Of a stretch of DNA of 64,000 nucleotides, positions 1 to 9,997 are shown piece by piece. Below the pieces are notes generated by a model that saw only the letters and a program-made list of their open reading frames with translations, did no database searches and had not been told where the DNA came from. Numbering within the stretch: position 1 is the first letter of the stretch; every line of letters begins with the position of its first letter. The stretch spans positions 6,931-70,930 of the IMG/VR virus record IMGVR_UViG_2521172672_000002. One strand, 5' to 3'. The translations under genes and the position numbers were made by a program. Origin of the DNA: a virus. Its lineage: Duplodnaviria; Caudoviricetes.

Positions 1-323
1 AGGGCCGAGACAGCTGCACCCAAGAGTACCATTAGTGCAAACAGGCGTGCCCCGCTGCCTCTCCCCCAACGAGCCACATGAAGCGCTACCCACTCGAAAA
101 AGCCTGCCTCATCCAGCAGGAGGCTGATGATGATCACCGCAATGAACGTCGCCGTTGCGTTCCACACAATGTGCCAGACCACCGGGATATCACTGAGCGC
201 AACAACGCCAGTTAGCAACGCGACCACCGCTCCGGCAGACGCACTCCAACCCACGCCAAGCCCTCGGGGTTGCCAGATCACCAGTACCAGCGTTACCAGA
301 AAAATAGACACTGCCAGCAACAT
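1..323 (-). CDS. arsB: Arsenite efflux pump ArsB, 5' part (runs off window)
   Basis: Reverse-strand translation from ATG at 323: [28 protein letters not shown]...[25 protein letters not shown], the characteristic ArsB N-terminus; directly downstream of arsR. Confidence 0.93.
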   Translation of the reverse strand, partial: MLLAVSIFLVTLVLVIWQPRGLGVGWSASAGAVVALLTGVVALSDIPVVWHIVWNATATFIAVIIISLLLDEAGFFEWVALHVARWGRGSGARLFALMVLLGAAVSA

Positions 324-342
324 CTCGGGTCTCCAATAACAC

Positions 343-699
343 TTAGCAACAGGAAACCTGGCGTACCGGGCGACCTTCCATGGAAGCAAGGCGACCTTGG
401 TCATCACCGAGCCAAGTGCGGTTAGCCTCGAGCGTCGCCTGAAGTACATCCAGTGCCCATAGAGGCAGTTCCGGATGAAGACGGTAGTAAACCCATTGGC
501 CCTGCCGACGGTCCTCCAGCAGCCCGCAGGTACGAAGCTGAGCCAGGTGGCGTGAGATCTTCGGCTGGCTGTCGTCGAGTGCCCAAACCAGTTCACAGAC
601 GCACAGCTCACCCTCAGCTGCGAGCATGAGCATGATCCGGGCGCGGGTTTCGTCACCAAGGCATTTAAAGAAAATAGGCGGCTGAATGAGCATGACCAA
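343..699 (-). CDS. arsR: ArsR family As(III)-responsive repressor
   Basis: ELCVCEL metal-binding motif, [17 protein letters not shown]-terminal CC. Confidence 0.95.
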   Translation of the reverse strand: MVMLIQPPIFFKCLGDETRARIMLMLAAEGELCVCELVWALDDSQPKISRHLAQLRTCGLLEDRRQGQWVYYRLHPELPLWALDVLQATLEANRTWLGDDQGRLASMEGRPVRQVSCC

Positions 700-761
700 C
701 CTTTATATTCGATTCTACGCATATGCGAATTTACAGATATGTAGCCGCAATTGGAAGCGGC

Positions 762-1124
762 TCATCTCGCTTCAGGCGCCCACGTATGCGCAAGCAGATC
801 AGGAAACTCGCTTACCCTTTGGGTTGGCAGACGACTAAGGACGTCTTTCAGGTAGGCGTATGGATCATGTCCATTCAGCCGTGCTGACTGGATCAGGCTC
901 ATGATCGCCGCTGCCCGTTTACCGCTGCGTAACGACCTGGCAAGGAGCCAGTTCGAACGACCGAGGGCCCATGGGCGAATCTGATTTCCCCCCTGATTGT
1001 TATGGATGGGCACATTCGAAGCGAACAGGTCAAAGAATTTGCGACGGGCATGGACCATACAGCCAATGTCGAACAAGCCCTGTACGAAGCTGGCGTTGTA
1101 ACCTGCAAAGTCATCGCAGACCAA
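762..1124 (-). pseudogene. IS66-family transposase (TnpC) C-terminal remnant with internal deletion
   Basis: CMVHARRKFFDL, IRPWALGRSNWL and SLIQSARLNGHDPYAYLKDVL motifs, with the long intervening region missing. Confidence 0.85.
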
Positions 1125-1180
1125 CTAGCGATTGCACGAGCCCAGAAAACGAGGCTGCATAGGAAATCCGCTTGATGGAC

Positions 1181-1215
1181 CAGAAATGGTGTCCACTCAA
1201 ACTTAGGGGGCTCCA
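1181..1215 (-). mobile_element. Possible orphan IS terminal inverted repeat (IS3-like end)
   Basis: Minus strand TGGAGCCCCCTAAGTTTGAGTGGACACC resembles IS3-type ends; no partner end seen. Confidence 0.3.
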
Positions 1216-1357
1216 TGGCCTTCAGCAGTCGTGCGGGGAAGATGTGGTTGCCGGACGGTTACACTACGACTGCCATCACGTCAGCAATAGCGCCCTATCG
1301 GGGACAGCCACGCTAGCGACAGCGGATCGAGCACCAGCAGTTGCGACTAACGATCTG

Positions 1358-1615
1358 TCATCTTCTGGGTAACCAGGCCGCGAGCAGCCATATCACGCCT
1401 GTCGCCAACACCCAAGGCCACCTGCTCGCGGGATTCATTGCCATACCCACCAACGCGATAACGATCAATGCCCCCCCCGCCCATCGTTTGCGCGCTGGTG
1501 TAAACCATCTCTGAAACCGCCTAAGCATGGCCTGCACGTTTATCACCACCTGTGCTGCACTCAAACGATCGCAGTCTCTGTCGTCGTTCTGATTCACCGC
1601 GCCTTGTATCCGCAT
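1358..1615 (-). CDS. Small two-TM membrane protein (start uncertain)
   Basis: Two hydrophobic segments in the C-terminal half of the ORF. Confidence 0.45.
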   Translation of the reverse strand: MRIQGAVNQNDDRDCDRLSAAQVVINVQAMLRRFQRWFTPARKRWAGGALIVIALVGMAMNPASRWPWVLATGVIWLLAAWLPRR

Positions 1616-1674
1616 GAATTGACGTGTGCCGGAAAATTGCGGCCATCAGCTACTATGTCCCGGTTATCAGTAGG

Positions 1675-2091
1675 TCAGGGAAGAACACCGCGCGCCTGCT
1701 TCATTGCCTGCAAGGTCATGCGCTTGTGCTGCAGCGCTGACTGATCTTCGATCCTGCGCACCGCCAGCGCTCTCAATACCTCATAAGCAAGCGCATGACA
1801 GACAGGCTCAGTCACGCCATGCCCACGCTGCAGGTCGATAGCGGCTTGCCGACGCTCAATTTCCATCCTTGCTGGGTCATACTCGAACGCCGCAGCTCGC
1901 GCCTCGAGCATCACACTATTGGCGGCGGCCAGGTCGACATCCAGCATCCCAGTGAGCGCGCACTGCTCACCTGTAATGGATGACAGCGCAAAACCCTTGT
2001 ACTGAGCCTCACCCATAACCGGCCGTACAGGTTGCGCAGTGCAGCTCGAAAGCACGACAGTGGCCATGAGCAGATATCGATAATTTTTCAT
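1675..2091 (-). CDS. Hypothetical lipoprotein
   Basis: Signal peptide with lipobox-like VLSSC; start uncertain. Confidence 0.55.
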   Translation of the reverse strand: MKNYRYLLMATVVLSSCTAQPVRPVMGEAQYKGFALSSITGEQCALTGMLDVDLAAANSVMLEARAAAFEYDPARMEIERRQAAIDLQRGHGVTEPVCHALAYEVLRALAVRRIEDQSALQHKRMTLQAMKQARGVLP

Positions 2092-2261
2092 CAGGTCACG
2101 TCAGGTCAAATACAGTGGATGAGCCATACCTTACAATTGGCCTCGTCAAAACCACGCTCCAGGCGCTGCTCGTTCGGCCACCATACCGATGTGCCACGCT
2201 TAGACTCACTATCTTCCCTGCCACCCCTCTTTTTCCGCTATCACCCGTTAAGGATGATGCC

Positions 2262-2699
2262 ATGATCATTCGCCAGGCTACTAATACCGACCATCCGCAG
2301 TTGCTCGACCTTTGGCTGCGCGCCGTTCGTGCCACTCACCATTTCCTACAGGAAGCCGATATCGAGGCGTTGTTTGCTCAACTGCGCGATAGCTACCTGC
2401 CGGCTGTCGAATTATGGATGGCAGAGGATGCCGTAAACGGCCCGCTTGGGTTCATCGGGCTTAACGTAAGCCACGTAGAAATGCTGTTTATCGAACCCAA
2501 TCGGCGAGGTGAAGGCATCGGCCGCGCGCTACTGGATCACGCCCGGAGTTCACGCGGCCAAATTAGCGTTGATGTGAATGAGCAGAATCCGAAAGCGGTC
2601 GGGTTCTATCTGCATTATGGTTTTATCCAAACAGGCCGCTCCCCTCTCGATGGTGAGGGCCGCCCGTTCCCCTTGCTGCACCTGAGCTTGCCCGGCTAG
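2262..2699 (+). CDS. GNAT family N-acetyltransferase (YjaB/YiaC-like)
   Basis: MIIRQA start, VRATHHFL, acetyl-CoA motif RRGEGIGRALL, VNEQN..AVGFY..YGF. Confidence 0.9.
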   Translation: MIIRQATNTDHPQLLDLWLRAVRATHHFLQEADIEALFAQLRDSYLPAVELWMAEDAVNGPLGFIGLNVSHVEMLFIEPNRRGEGIGRALLDHARSSRGQISVDVNEQNPKAVGFYLHYGFIQTGRSPLDGEGRPFPLLHLSLPG

Positions 2700-2788
2700 C
2701 ACTGCAGCCGTGGGGTGCTACTGGTGCGCTCATTGACCATTACGAAACCTTCATCGAAAACCAACTGCTCACCCAGGGAGGCAGTGAA

Positions 2789-3166
2789 ATGATCAACCAT
2801 CTGGATCACCTCGTTTTGACAACCATCGATGTCGAGGCATGCAAGGATTTCTATACCCGCGTCATGGGCATGAACCTGGAAATTTTCGGTGCCGGGCGCT
2901 TGGCTTTGCGCTTCGGTGAGCAAAAGATCAACGTACACGTGCGTGGCCACGAATTCGAACCCAAGGCTCACTTGCCAGTCTCAGGCGCGTTGGACCTCTG
3001 CTTCATCGCCTCGATCAGCCTTGAGAAAGTCGTGGCCCATCTAGAAGCACAGCAGTGGCCAATTATCGAGGGCCCCGTTCAACGCACCGGCGCCACGGGA
3101 CCTATCCGATCCGTTTATGTGCGCGACCCGGATCTCAACTTGATAGAGATATCGGAGCGACTCTAG
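2789..3166 (+). CDS. VOC/glyoxalase family protein
   Basis: LDHLVLT...FY..VMG and SVYVRDPDLNLIEI motifs. Confidence 0.9.
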   Translation: MINHLDHLVLTTIDVEACKDFYTRVMGMNLEIFGAGRLALRFGEQKINVHVRGHEFEPKAHLPVSGALDLCFIASISLEKVVAHLEAQQWPIIEGPVQRTGATGPIRSVYVRDPDLNLIEISERL

Positions 3167-3561
3167 CAGGGTTTACAGGAGCAGAATGAAGCGCGATCCA
3201 GACAGGCCTGGGTGCTCTCGAGAAAACCAAGCAGGCTATCGGGTTGGGGCTTGCCGGTAACGGCCCCGACCGATCAGGAAAAGAGCTTGAACGCTACCCA
3301 GCTCGTCGCCAAAGCGAAGACTGCGCCCGCAGCAGCCGACAGAAAGATGCTGCGCGCTTGGTGCTGCGTGCCCTCGCGGACCTCACTGCCCAGCTGTGCC
3401 AGGTTCTCTTTCATCTGCTTGATAACTTGATCATGGCTCATGGTCGCCCTCGCTTGTGATGCCAGGTCACGCCTGTTGCTAGACCCTATGGCGATAGTGT
3501 CGGCCGAATTGGCGTAAAGCTCAAGACCACTCGGCGCAAGCCTGTTTCTCAGGACGGGAGG

Positions 3562-3750
3562 CTAGAGCTTTTGAATGAAGGCCGCAGCGGTAACGATGAC
3601 GGTGACTAGCCCTCCCACCGCGACAAAGGGGTAAAACAGCGTCTCGCGCTTCATTTTGTTGGCCTCGGCGATCAATTTTCGCGCCTCGGCGGTGAGCTTG
3701 TGAATTTCAGCTTGGAGCTTCTCAAGCTCCAGCTCCTCCTTCTCGGTCAT
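3562..3750 (-). CDS. Small coiled-coil protein with C-terminal TM helix
   Basis: RBS AAGGA upstream, heptad-like N-terminus, hydrophobic C-terminus. Confidence 0.6.
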   Translation of the reverse strand: MTEKEELELEKLQAEIHKLTAEARKLIAEANKMKRETLFYPFVAVGGLVTVIVTAAAFIQKL

Positions 3751-3859
3751 TGGCCGTCCTTTCGTGCCTTGAGCCGCACCCTGTCGTGCGTCCTCTGTGC
3801 TGCATTATGTGTTCTCAGGTTAAGGAATGCAGCACGCCACAGCATTCATTGATGCTGTA

Positions 3860-3898
3860 CTCCTCAGTGGCGGGCACCGTGGCCTTGAGCGTGGCCAC
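3860..3898 (-). pseudogene. Trace of a tail assembly gene I from an older prophage
   Basis: Translates VATLKATVPATEE, versus AFKALKVTIPGFEEE in intact gene I (20996-21577); same position downstream of a lipoprotein moron. Confidence 0.4.
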
Positions 3899-3951
3899 CA
3901 CGCGCTCGGTAGCAGTCAGCGACCATTGAAAAGCTATCCACCCCGGATAGG

Positions 3952-4308
3952 TCAACCGGCGCATGACCTGACCGCATCTGTCACGCGCTCCAGCGGTGAC
4001 TGCCAGGTGCGATAGAAGTGATAACGGACAGTCGAACCACTTGGTGCTGATGCCACATCGACCAAATGGATAGGCGTCTGCGCGTCAGGCGCCAAGACAG
4101 CGTAGCGGTCGCCAGATGTCTGCAAGATACCGCCGACACTTACCCCCAGCACCGTGGTGTTCTGCCAGGCATCTCGGATGCACTCGGCAACCTGCTGGGG
4201 TGGCCTTGACGACTTCAAGTCCAGCAGTGGCGGATTGCTTCGGGTGTCGCCAACGCTCGCACACCCCGCCAGCAATGCCAAGCCCGACCCGACTATGATG
4301 TTTCGCAT
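3952..4308 (-). CDS. Phage moron-type lipoprotein (paralog 1)
   Basis: LLAGC lipobox, C-x4-WQ motif and C-terminal Cys shared with 4371-4721 and 21629-21973. Confidence 0.8.
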   Translation of the reverse strand: MRNIIVGSGLALLAGCASVGDTRSNPPLLDLKSSRPPQQVAECIRDAWQNTTVLGVSVGGILQTSGDRYAVLAPDAQTPIHLVDVASAPSGSTVRYHFYRTWQSPLERVTDAVRSCAG

Positions 4309-4370
4309 ATTTTCTATCTCCTGAAAGTCGAGACCGTATCAGCCCGGCATCTGCGCGCTCGACGGAACCG

Positions 4371-4721
4371 CTACAGACAGCCTTGCAATGCTGACAGGCG
4401 CTTTTTTGCGATCCAGTTCCCCAGCACCACGTAGTACTTTGCTTCAGACCCACTCGGTGCTGGCTGGATGTCTACGAAATACTCTGATACTTGCGTGAAG
4501 ACGGTATAGCCGACATCGCGGCCTGCTTGAAGAGTGGCGCCAGGTGTTCCACCAAAAATCGGCTGATTTTGCCATTCGTACTGGACACACTTCGCCAGCG
4601 CGGCGTCAGTTTTGGTCGATCTCAGAACTTTATAGGGACCAGCCTGACGAGCTTCATTCATGGTTGGAGCCATGCATCCCGCTAGCAAAGCCAAACCCAT
4701 TGCCCCGATCAAGATTCGAAT
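4371..4721 (-). CDS. Phage moron-type lipoprotein (paralog 2); ATT at the expected start position
   Basis: AAGGAGGGA RBS followed by ATT CGA ATC TTG (IRILIG, cf. MRVLIG of paralog 3); LLAGC lipobox. Confidence 0.7.
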   Translation of the reverse strand: MRILIGAMGLALLAGCMAPTMNEARQAGPYKVLRSTKTDAALAKCVQYEWQNQPIFGGTPGATLQAGRDVGYTVFTQVSEYFVDIQPAPSGSEAKYYVVLGNWIAKKRLSALQGCL

Positions 4722-4776
4722 TTGATCCCTCCTTGATGATGCCGGGAATCTACCACAAGGCGGCGTGGCCCAGCCC

Positions 4777-4808
4777 AGATGCGAAAAGCCCAGAACAGAG
4801 CTGGGCTG
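4777..4808. repeat. Intergenic hairpin element, copy of 22610-22640
   Basis: AGATGCGAAAAGCCCAG...CTGGGCT versus AGATGCGAGAAGCCCAG...CTGGGCT. Confidence 0.7.
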
Positions 4809-4827
4809 ATACAAGGAAATCTGCTTA

Positions 4828-5133
4828 CTACTCGAACACTGGGCGCAAGAAGCTTCGCTCGTAACTCAGAATGAATTTCCTGTCGCTGGCCTCCTTGACC
4901 AATTCCATACATGCCGAATCGCCTGCCGCCTGCTGTCGATACTGCTCATAGGCAGCAAGGCTCTCGAAGCTGAACAGGCAATAGGCGACATTGCTCGCCC
5001 CCTCAGAAGGCAGGAAATAGCCATGGTGCTGGCCTCCCATGCGCTCGACCAGAGCGATCCAGTGACGGGAATACGCCTCAAAAGCGGGAAGCTGGTAGGG
5101 ATCAATCACATAACGAACATGGCAGGTGACCAT
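4828..5133 (-). CDS. NIPSNAP family protein
   Basis: TCHVRYVIDP...HHGYFLPSEGA...FSFESLAAYEQYR...ERSFLRP. Confidence 0.9.
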   Translation of the reverse strand: MVTCHVRYVIDPYQLPAFEAYSRHWIALVERMGGQHHGYFLPSEGASNVAYCLFSFESLAAYEQYRQQAAGDSACMELVKEASDRKFILSYERSFLRPVFE

Positions 5134-5214
5134 GGAGTCATTCCTTTGAAGGCTTGAGTAAAGCGCAAACTCTAAGGCAATCCTGCACAGACTTCCAAGG
5201 ATGACCACCTATCC

Positions 5215-5315
5215 CCCTGGACGCATCACCCGTAACCGTACGGCCTCATGCCGTCGTAGCGTTGTCTCCCAACGACCCGCCCCGGTCCGTTGCTGGAAAG
5301 CCCATGGACTTGGGC
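5215..5315. repeat. ~100-bp intergenic element, copy of 23338-23440
   Basis: Shared CCCTGGACGCATCACC.GTAAC...GTAGCGTTGT...CCCAACGACCCGCCC.GGTCCGTTGC.GGAAAGCCCA.GGACT.GGGC. Confidence 0.85.
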
Positions 5316-5483
5316 TTGGATGCTCAAGGAGGATCAACTTGAGCGAGCAACGCGCAATGAATTCCCACGAGGTCGGCGTGTGCGCTGCACTTCCGTCAGA
5401 TGGCGCATTCTTTGCGACTCTCGCCCTCTCGCAGCGCAGTAAGATTAAAGACGTAGCTAATGTACCGATAGACGTCATGCCAG

Positions 5484-5770
5484 CCGATGGGATGGGATCA
5501 ATCTGCAGAAGAGGATGCAGCAAGTCATAAGGAGAGTCGCCCTAAGCAAGATAGAGGAAGGAACGAAGACAGAAAGGGACTTGTGTGCTGCTGAACGATC
5601 AGGCTTTGCGTGCTATCCAGTTCGCCAGGCCATACGCCGACTGCCTCTGTTCTAAGTCCCGCATTCATAGCCCAACAGCTGGGTCACAGCGTTTACATGC
5701 TGATATCGACCTATGCCGTTGGCTCAACCCAAGCTCCGACTGGAGCAAGCTGGAAAAACTCGAAGTATCG
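5484..5770 (+). pseudogene. Tyrosine integrase remnant 1 (frameshifted, internally deleted)
   Basis: Fragments RWDGINLQKR...RVALSKIEEGTKTERD, VLLNDQALRAIQFARPYA, PAFIAQQLGHSVYMLISTYA and RWLNPSSDWSKLEKL align with the integrase at 62807-64000. Confidence 0.85.
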
Positions 5771-5921
5771 GACGTATCAAAACCTGGCCGAGTGTTTCAA
5801 CGACGACGCCACTGCCATCCTGAGCTTCGTAGTTCGCGCTGCCGCCTAACCCTGCGGCGCTGCCCGCCAGCACCCAAACGAAAAACGCCGCCTAGAGATA
5901 GGCGGCGTTAGAAATCCCCCA

Positions 5922-6089
5922 TCAGGGCTTGAAACCCTTATCTGGTGTCTTCGGAGGTGGGATGTCCCATAGCCTGTCGCTGGATTCCTGCTGCGCCTTT
6001 GCTTTTTGCTCTTCTGTTGAGCCAAAGCAGCCGCTCAGCAACAGCGCAGTAACGGCGACGAAAATTGCGCCAATCATGGTGTGCTTCAT
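5922..6089 (-). CDS. Small lipoprotein
   Basis: RBS GGAAGGA, LLSGC lipobox, terminator-like hairpin at ~5880-5910. Confidence 0.7.
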   Translation of the reverse strand: MKHTMIGAIFVAVTALLLSGCFGSTEEQKAKAQQESSDRLWDIPPPKTPDKGFKP

Positions 6090-6572
6090 AAGGTTCCTTC
6101 CTGTGAAATGGTCGGGCATTACATCAAAAATCGCCAATCGCCGCAAAGCATGGCGCTGAGCCAGTAGCCACCACCTGCCGTACTCAAAACATGAACGCTT
6201 CCATATCCAACCGAATTCTTTGAAGGAGGTGAAAACGCCTCCATGTGGGTTTAATTATAACTAGCCTCCATATCCTCTTTACTTCGCTGCAGGCACATTC
6301 CTTTTACGTAAGCTTCTGCGTACTCAAAAGTGCTTCACCGATCGAAGTCTTCGACCAAATTCGACCCAAGATATCTGACCTAATTGTAACACCGTAAATA
6401 TAAACGCAACTGGGGAAACTATCAGTATCATTTTTCCAGGCAGATCACCGATAGACCTCACCATCACTAAAGATCATCGACTGCAACGGTGGTCTTTTCA
6501 GCTCAGCCAAGTACGCAACACTTTGTGATCTAGTCATGCTAGGAAACACCTCACCTTTAGGTATAGGTAACC

Positions 6573-6992
6573 TTGAGCAGGCTGGGCTGCCGATTGTTGG
6601 GCTGGACCTATGTCGATAGCGCCGACATCAATCAGCTGCTGGAAATCGCAGAGCTGCAGCTGGCATTGACGATCCACGATGACGCTGACATCCAGGATAG
6701 ATGTATTCAGGCCGAGAATTTGGAACTGCACACCAAGCTAGCTGACTGGAACACCACAATCATTCCAGCGCTCAGCAGCGACCTTCGCGAAATCCTCGGA
6801 CGCCCGAACCTTACTTGCCACCACATCGCCAAGGCTCTACGTATTATGGGGCTCACGATCGCACCCAATGCCGAAGTCAAGCAGGCCGTCGTGATTCACT
6901 GGCCTCTCGGGCACACCCTAAGGCACGGCGCGGATTGGCGTCAGCGTGTAACAGCCGAGCTGGCGAAGGCAGGTAATACGCTGAAAGCCTAA
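6573..6992 (+). pseudogene. Degenerate phage early-region hypothetical protein
   Basis: ILGRPNLTC..IA..LR..G..I...AE..QAVVIHW motif recognisable from phage early proteins; poor start. Confidence 0.45.
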
Positions 6993-6994
6993 TA

Positions 6995-7060
6995 GGAGTA
7001 CAAATGTACTACACTCCGCTATACCCCCTTTCTCTCTATTCACTGCTGCGCTATGTCGAT
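6995..7060 (+). repeat. Phage early-region intergenic element, copy of 60277-60345
   Basis: TGTACT...CT.TA.CCC..T.TC.CTATTCACTGC.GCG.TATG shared; a partial copy (TGCCGAGATATGGCGGC) lies at ~7743. Confidence 0.7.
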
Positions 7061-7148
7061 AAAGCCTGACCCGCCCCACATAAAACCATACTAGCGGCTC
7101 GGTTCCCCCTCGTGCCCAGCGAACAGCCAGCTTAGAGAAGCCTCTGCT

Positions 7149-7649
7149 TCAATTGGTTTGCATGCAAATTTGAGGCTGAGGCACAGGCTCCGGCATCAGG
7201 TTGGCATGTAACAGATCACCGTAACCCCAGACCAGCGTTCCCAAGACTGCCGCGATGGCGCAAACAGCGCGCCACAACGTGTAGTAACTGCCATGCGATC
7301 TTCGCATCTGCCTGTTGAGTCTGCTCACACCCTCGCCCAAAAGCGATTCGCCAAGAAGGGCAAATACAGTTATAACAGATCCCGACCGTGAAAATTGCGC
7401 AGCGTCTCCCTCAAACCACCACGCGATACTCCAAGCGAATGAAATAAACACCGCGATTGCAGCTGCGTATAGGCGTCGCCTAACCTCAAACAATGATGCC
7501 GCTGCCTTGCCAGTTACCTCAGGCACGTACCTTCCATCATCAATTGAATCGCAAGATCCCCCGTAATTTTCCTCTTTCCTCTTTAGGGCGCCGTGAATCA
7601 GAAGTGTGGCAGCAACGCCTACGATCAGGCTTAGGTATGTTTTGCGCAC
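7149..7649 (-). CDS. Hypothetical membrane protein (cargo)
   Basis: 3-4 hydrophobic helices; opposite strand to the surrounding phage relics. Confidence 0.65.
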   Translation of the reverse strand: MRKTYLSLIVGVAATLLIHGALKRKEENYGGSCDSIDDGRYVPEVTGKAAASLFEVRRRLYAAAIAVFISFAWSIAWWFEGDAAQFSRSGSVITVFALLGESLLGEGVSRLNRQMRRSHGSYYTLWRAVCAIAAVLGTLVWGYGDLLHANLMPEPVPQPQICMQTN

Positions 7650-7823
7650 GTGGCTATCTCTCTTGAAATTTGAATTATCTTAATTACTTGTCCGGCTAGT
7701 ATATATGCCTGACGCATTTTTAATGGTGTATTTACGCATCAGTGCCGAGATATGGCGGCCAAGAAATCCGTAGGCCCAGCGCACAAACGGCGGCACGGTG
7801 GTGCCCGTTGATGAGGTGAGCGA

Positions 7824-8105
7824 ATGACCCGCCTCGCCTTCTGCCTCCTGCTGTTGGCCACAGGCGCAAGCGCCGGGCAAACCTTTCATGTCGAGGCATT
7901 CGGGAACATCGACAGGGGCGGCAATTGTGTGCACGACGAGGAGCGCGGCGTTACCTGCTACGTATTCTACGGCGGCATCAGCTGCATTTCCGACAGCCAG
8001 CCGCAGGCCAGCAATCAGCGCCAGCTCTCCCAGCACGAAACCCAACCCGAACCTCCACCTGCTCTGGCGCCTGGGCGCTGGATTGATGAGAGGTATGAGT
8101 TGTGA
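7824..8105 (+). CDS. Phage secreted hypothetical protein, paralog of 60673-60924
   Basis: MTRLAFCLLLLATGASA...RGVTCY...ISCI...WIDERYEL nearly identical in pattern. Confidence 0.75.
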   Translation: MTRLAFCLLLLATGASAGQTFHVEAFGNIDRGGNCVHDEERGVTCYVFYGGISCISDSQPQASNQRQLSQHETQPEPPPALAPGRWIDERYEL

Positions 8106-8483
8106 GGAAAATTCGAGATTTCTTGAAGGCTGTCATAGGGTGGGCTAGTTGGAAGATGGCCGACTCTCTGCATAAGACGTTCGGCGCCTGGCATCCGCAT
8201 GATGCTATTGACGAAGACCTTGGCTACTGGGGCTAGACATGACCGACCGGATCGAAGCAGAAGGCTGGCTGCTGAGGCAGATCGTCAAGGACGTGGGCCA
8301 GTGGCAGAACCCCGCCAAATACCACGAGGCAGCGCGTTGGATGGCGTGGCGTACACCCCACTGGAGGCTGAGGCCCTGGCCGCTGGAGTCAAGCCATGAG
8401 ATCTTTGGGAGAAATCATCGAAGCTTCGAAATCGAGCGACTGCCCCGACTACGACGACCTGCGCCTATCAAACACCATCAAAA

Positions 8484-8963
8484 TCACCATTCGTCCAAGT
8501 CGTGGAGACGTTGTATCTGGTGCTTGTACTCGCACACTATCTGATAGGTAGAACTCGCGGTCCCAGTGACGAGAGCACCTACCACGTCGCAATCTGCCTC
8601 TACGAACTTCTCCCACGCTGCCTGCGCCTGGGGCATCATGGCCGGTACATTTTTCGGGAGCGAGCCTTCATCGACATACCCCTTTGCGGTGGCCAGGGCC
8701 TTCTGGTACTTCTCTTCCACCGCGTCCTTGGCCGCCTCCCGCATTTCATATGCGCAATGAGCTGAATCCTGGGTGGTTTTGGTCTCCGGCTTTCTCAAGC
8801 ACTGCTGCCAATCGGCCTCAAGCTTCGCCGCGTACTGACGCACCGCTGCATCCCGTGCTGCAATCTCTGCTTCTTCCCCGTGCAGCTCGGCGTGGGCTGC
8901 GCCTACTACTGCCAGCACCGCGCCAGCGATACCGGCCTTGGTAACGGTCTTCATTGGTCTCAT
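8484..8963 (-). CDS. Secreted LprI/DUF1311 lysozyme-inhibitor-like protein
   Basis: Signal peptide; C...C, AQAAWEKFVEADC and C...QRLHDL pattern. Confidence 0.75.
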   Translation of the reverse strand: MRPMKTVTKAGIAGAVLAVVGAAHAELHGEEAEIAARDAAVRQYAAKLEADWQQCLRKPETKTTQDSAHCAYEMREAAKDAVEEKYQKALATAKGYVDEGSLPKNVPAMMPQAQAAWEKFVEADCDVVGALVTGTASSTYQIVCEYKHQIQRLHDLDEW

Positions 8964-9226
8964 TTCCCTGAGTCATAGCCCGGCCGGCGTGATGCCGTTC
9001 CAGGCGGGTTTGGCTCGGCCAGAAGCCGGGCGAGGTGATCCTGACGCATTATATGCGTTGCCATTACCCTCGAGTTGGAGCACCGCAACATTTCAACCGC
9101 AATCAAGGCCTGATCAAAGCGCGCGATTAGCTTCGACAAGATCGTGACGCCCTGCGGTATGCCGGAGGACACCTTCTATGACCCTAGCCCTGATGTACAT
9201 GGCCTACCTGATTTGCGGGGGCCGCG

Positions 9227-9603
9227 ATGAGCGCAGCGGTTGAAGTGCTCGACACATGCAGTGCCCGCCGCATGATGTGGTTCGACAAGGAAGACCAGCG
9301 CGCCCTGTTCGGCGACATCCGCGACGACGAACACCAGCGATGCGACAGCCGGATACTGAAGGTTGAGCCAGATGTGCTGATGGACTTTCGGAGTCTGCCC
9401 TTGGGGACGCCGCTTTGCGCTTGGTCGTGTTCGATCCGCCGCATCTGACCCGGGCCGACGTGGCTCGCTGGATGCGGGCAATGTACAGAGTGCTCACCAG
9501 TGAATGGCGGGAGGATATCCCCCAAGGCTTTGCCGAGCGTTTCCGTGTACTGGAACCTGAGGGAATCCTGATCTTCAAGTGAAACGAAGCCCAAGTGCTG
9601 GTC
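9227..9603 (+). pseudogene. Phage SAM-dependent methyltransferase remnant
   Basis: VLDTCSARRMMWFDK...FGDIR, then after a frameshift FRLVVFDPPHL; stop codon in LIFK*NE. Confidence 0.75.
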
Positions 9604-9612
9604 AGCACCAAC

Positions 9613-9937
9613 CAGTCCCTTCGTGTTCCAACCTAGCAAAGGTGGGCTGTGGATCAACGAGCCAAGTGTTACAATCCGCCACTTCAAATCGGCGCTGAAG
9701 GCGCTGAACATCCGTGAACGCCGTCAGTACGACACCCGCCACACCTACGCAACCATGTGCCTGATGTCTGGGATGAACCCCGCGTTCATCGCGAGCCAGC
9801 TCGGCTACAGCGTCGAGATGTAGCTCTCTACCTACGCGAAATGGATCAGCTCCTCCTTGGACTGGAGGGAGCTGGAGAAGCTGCCGCCCCGAGTCGAAAT
9901 GGCCCAAAATTGGCCCAGAACTGACGAGAGGGCCTAA
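9613..9937 (+). pseudogene. Tyrosine integrase remnant 2 (C-terminus only, internal stop)
   Basis: RHTYATMCLMSGMNPAFIASQLGYSVEM*LSTYAKWI...DWRELEKL, homologous to the C-terminus of 62807-64000. Confidence 0.9.
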
Positions 9938-9969
9938 ATACACCTCTGGAACCCCCGCAGGACAAGCAC

Positions 9970-9997
9970 TTGATCTCCACAGCAAACATCACCATGC
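9970..9997 (+). other. Putative attL core: duplicated 5' end of a YbiT-like ABC-F ATPase gene
   Basis: TTGATCTCCACAGCAAACATCACCATGC = (M)ISTANITM, recalled as the Pseudomonas YbiT N-terminus (MISTANITMQFG); lies right after an integrase 3' end and the frame does not continue as YbiT. Confidence 0.7.

Noticed and set aside
6350-6470. Possible older att site (TCGACCAAATTCGACCCAA repeat; GATCACCGATAGACCTCACCATC)
   Set aside because: Similarity to the 9970 core and arm repeats is too weak to support by eye
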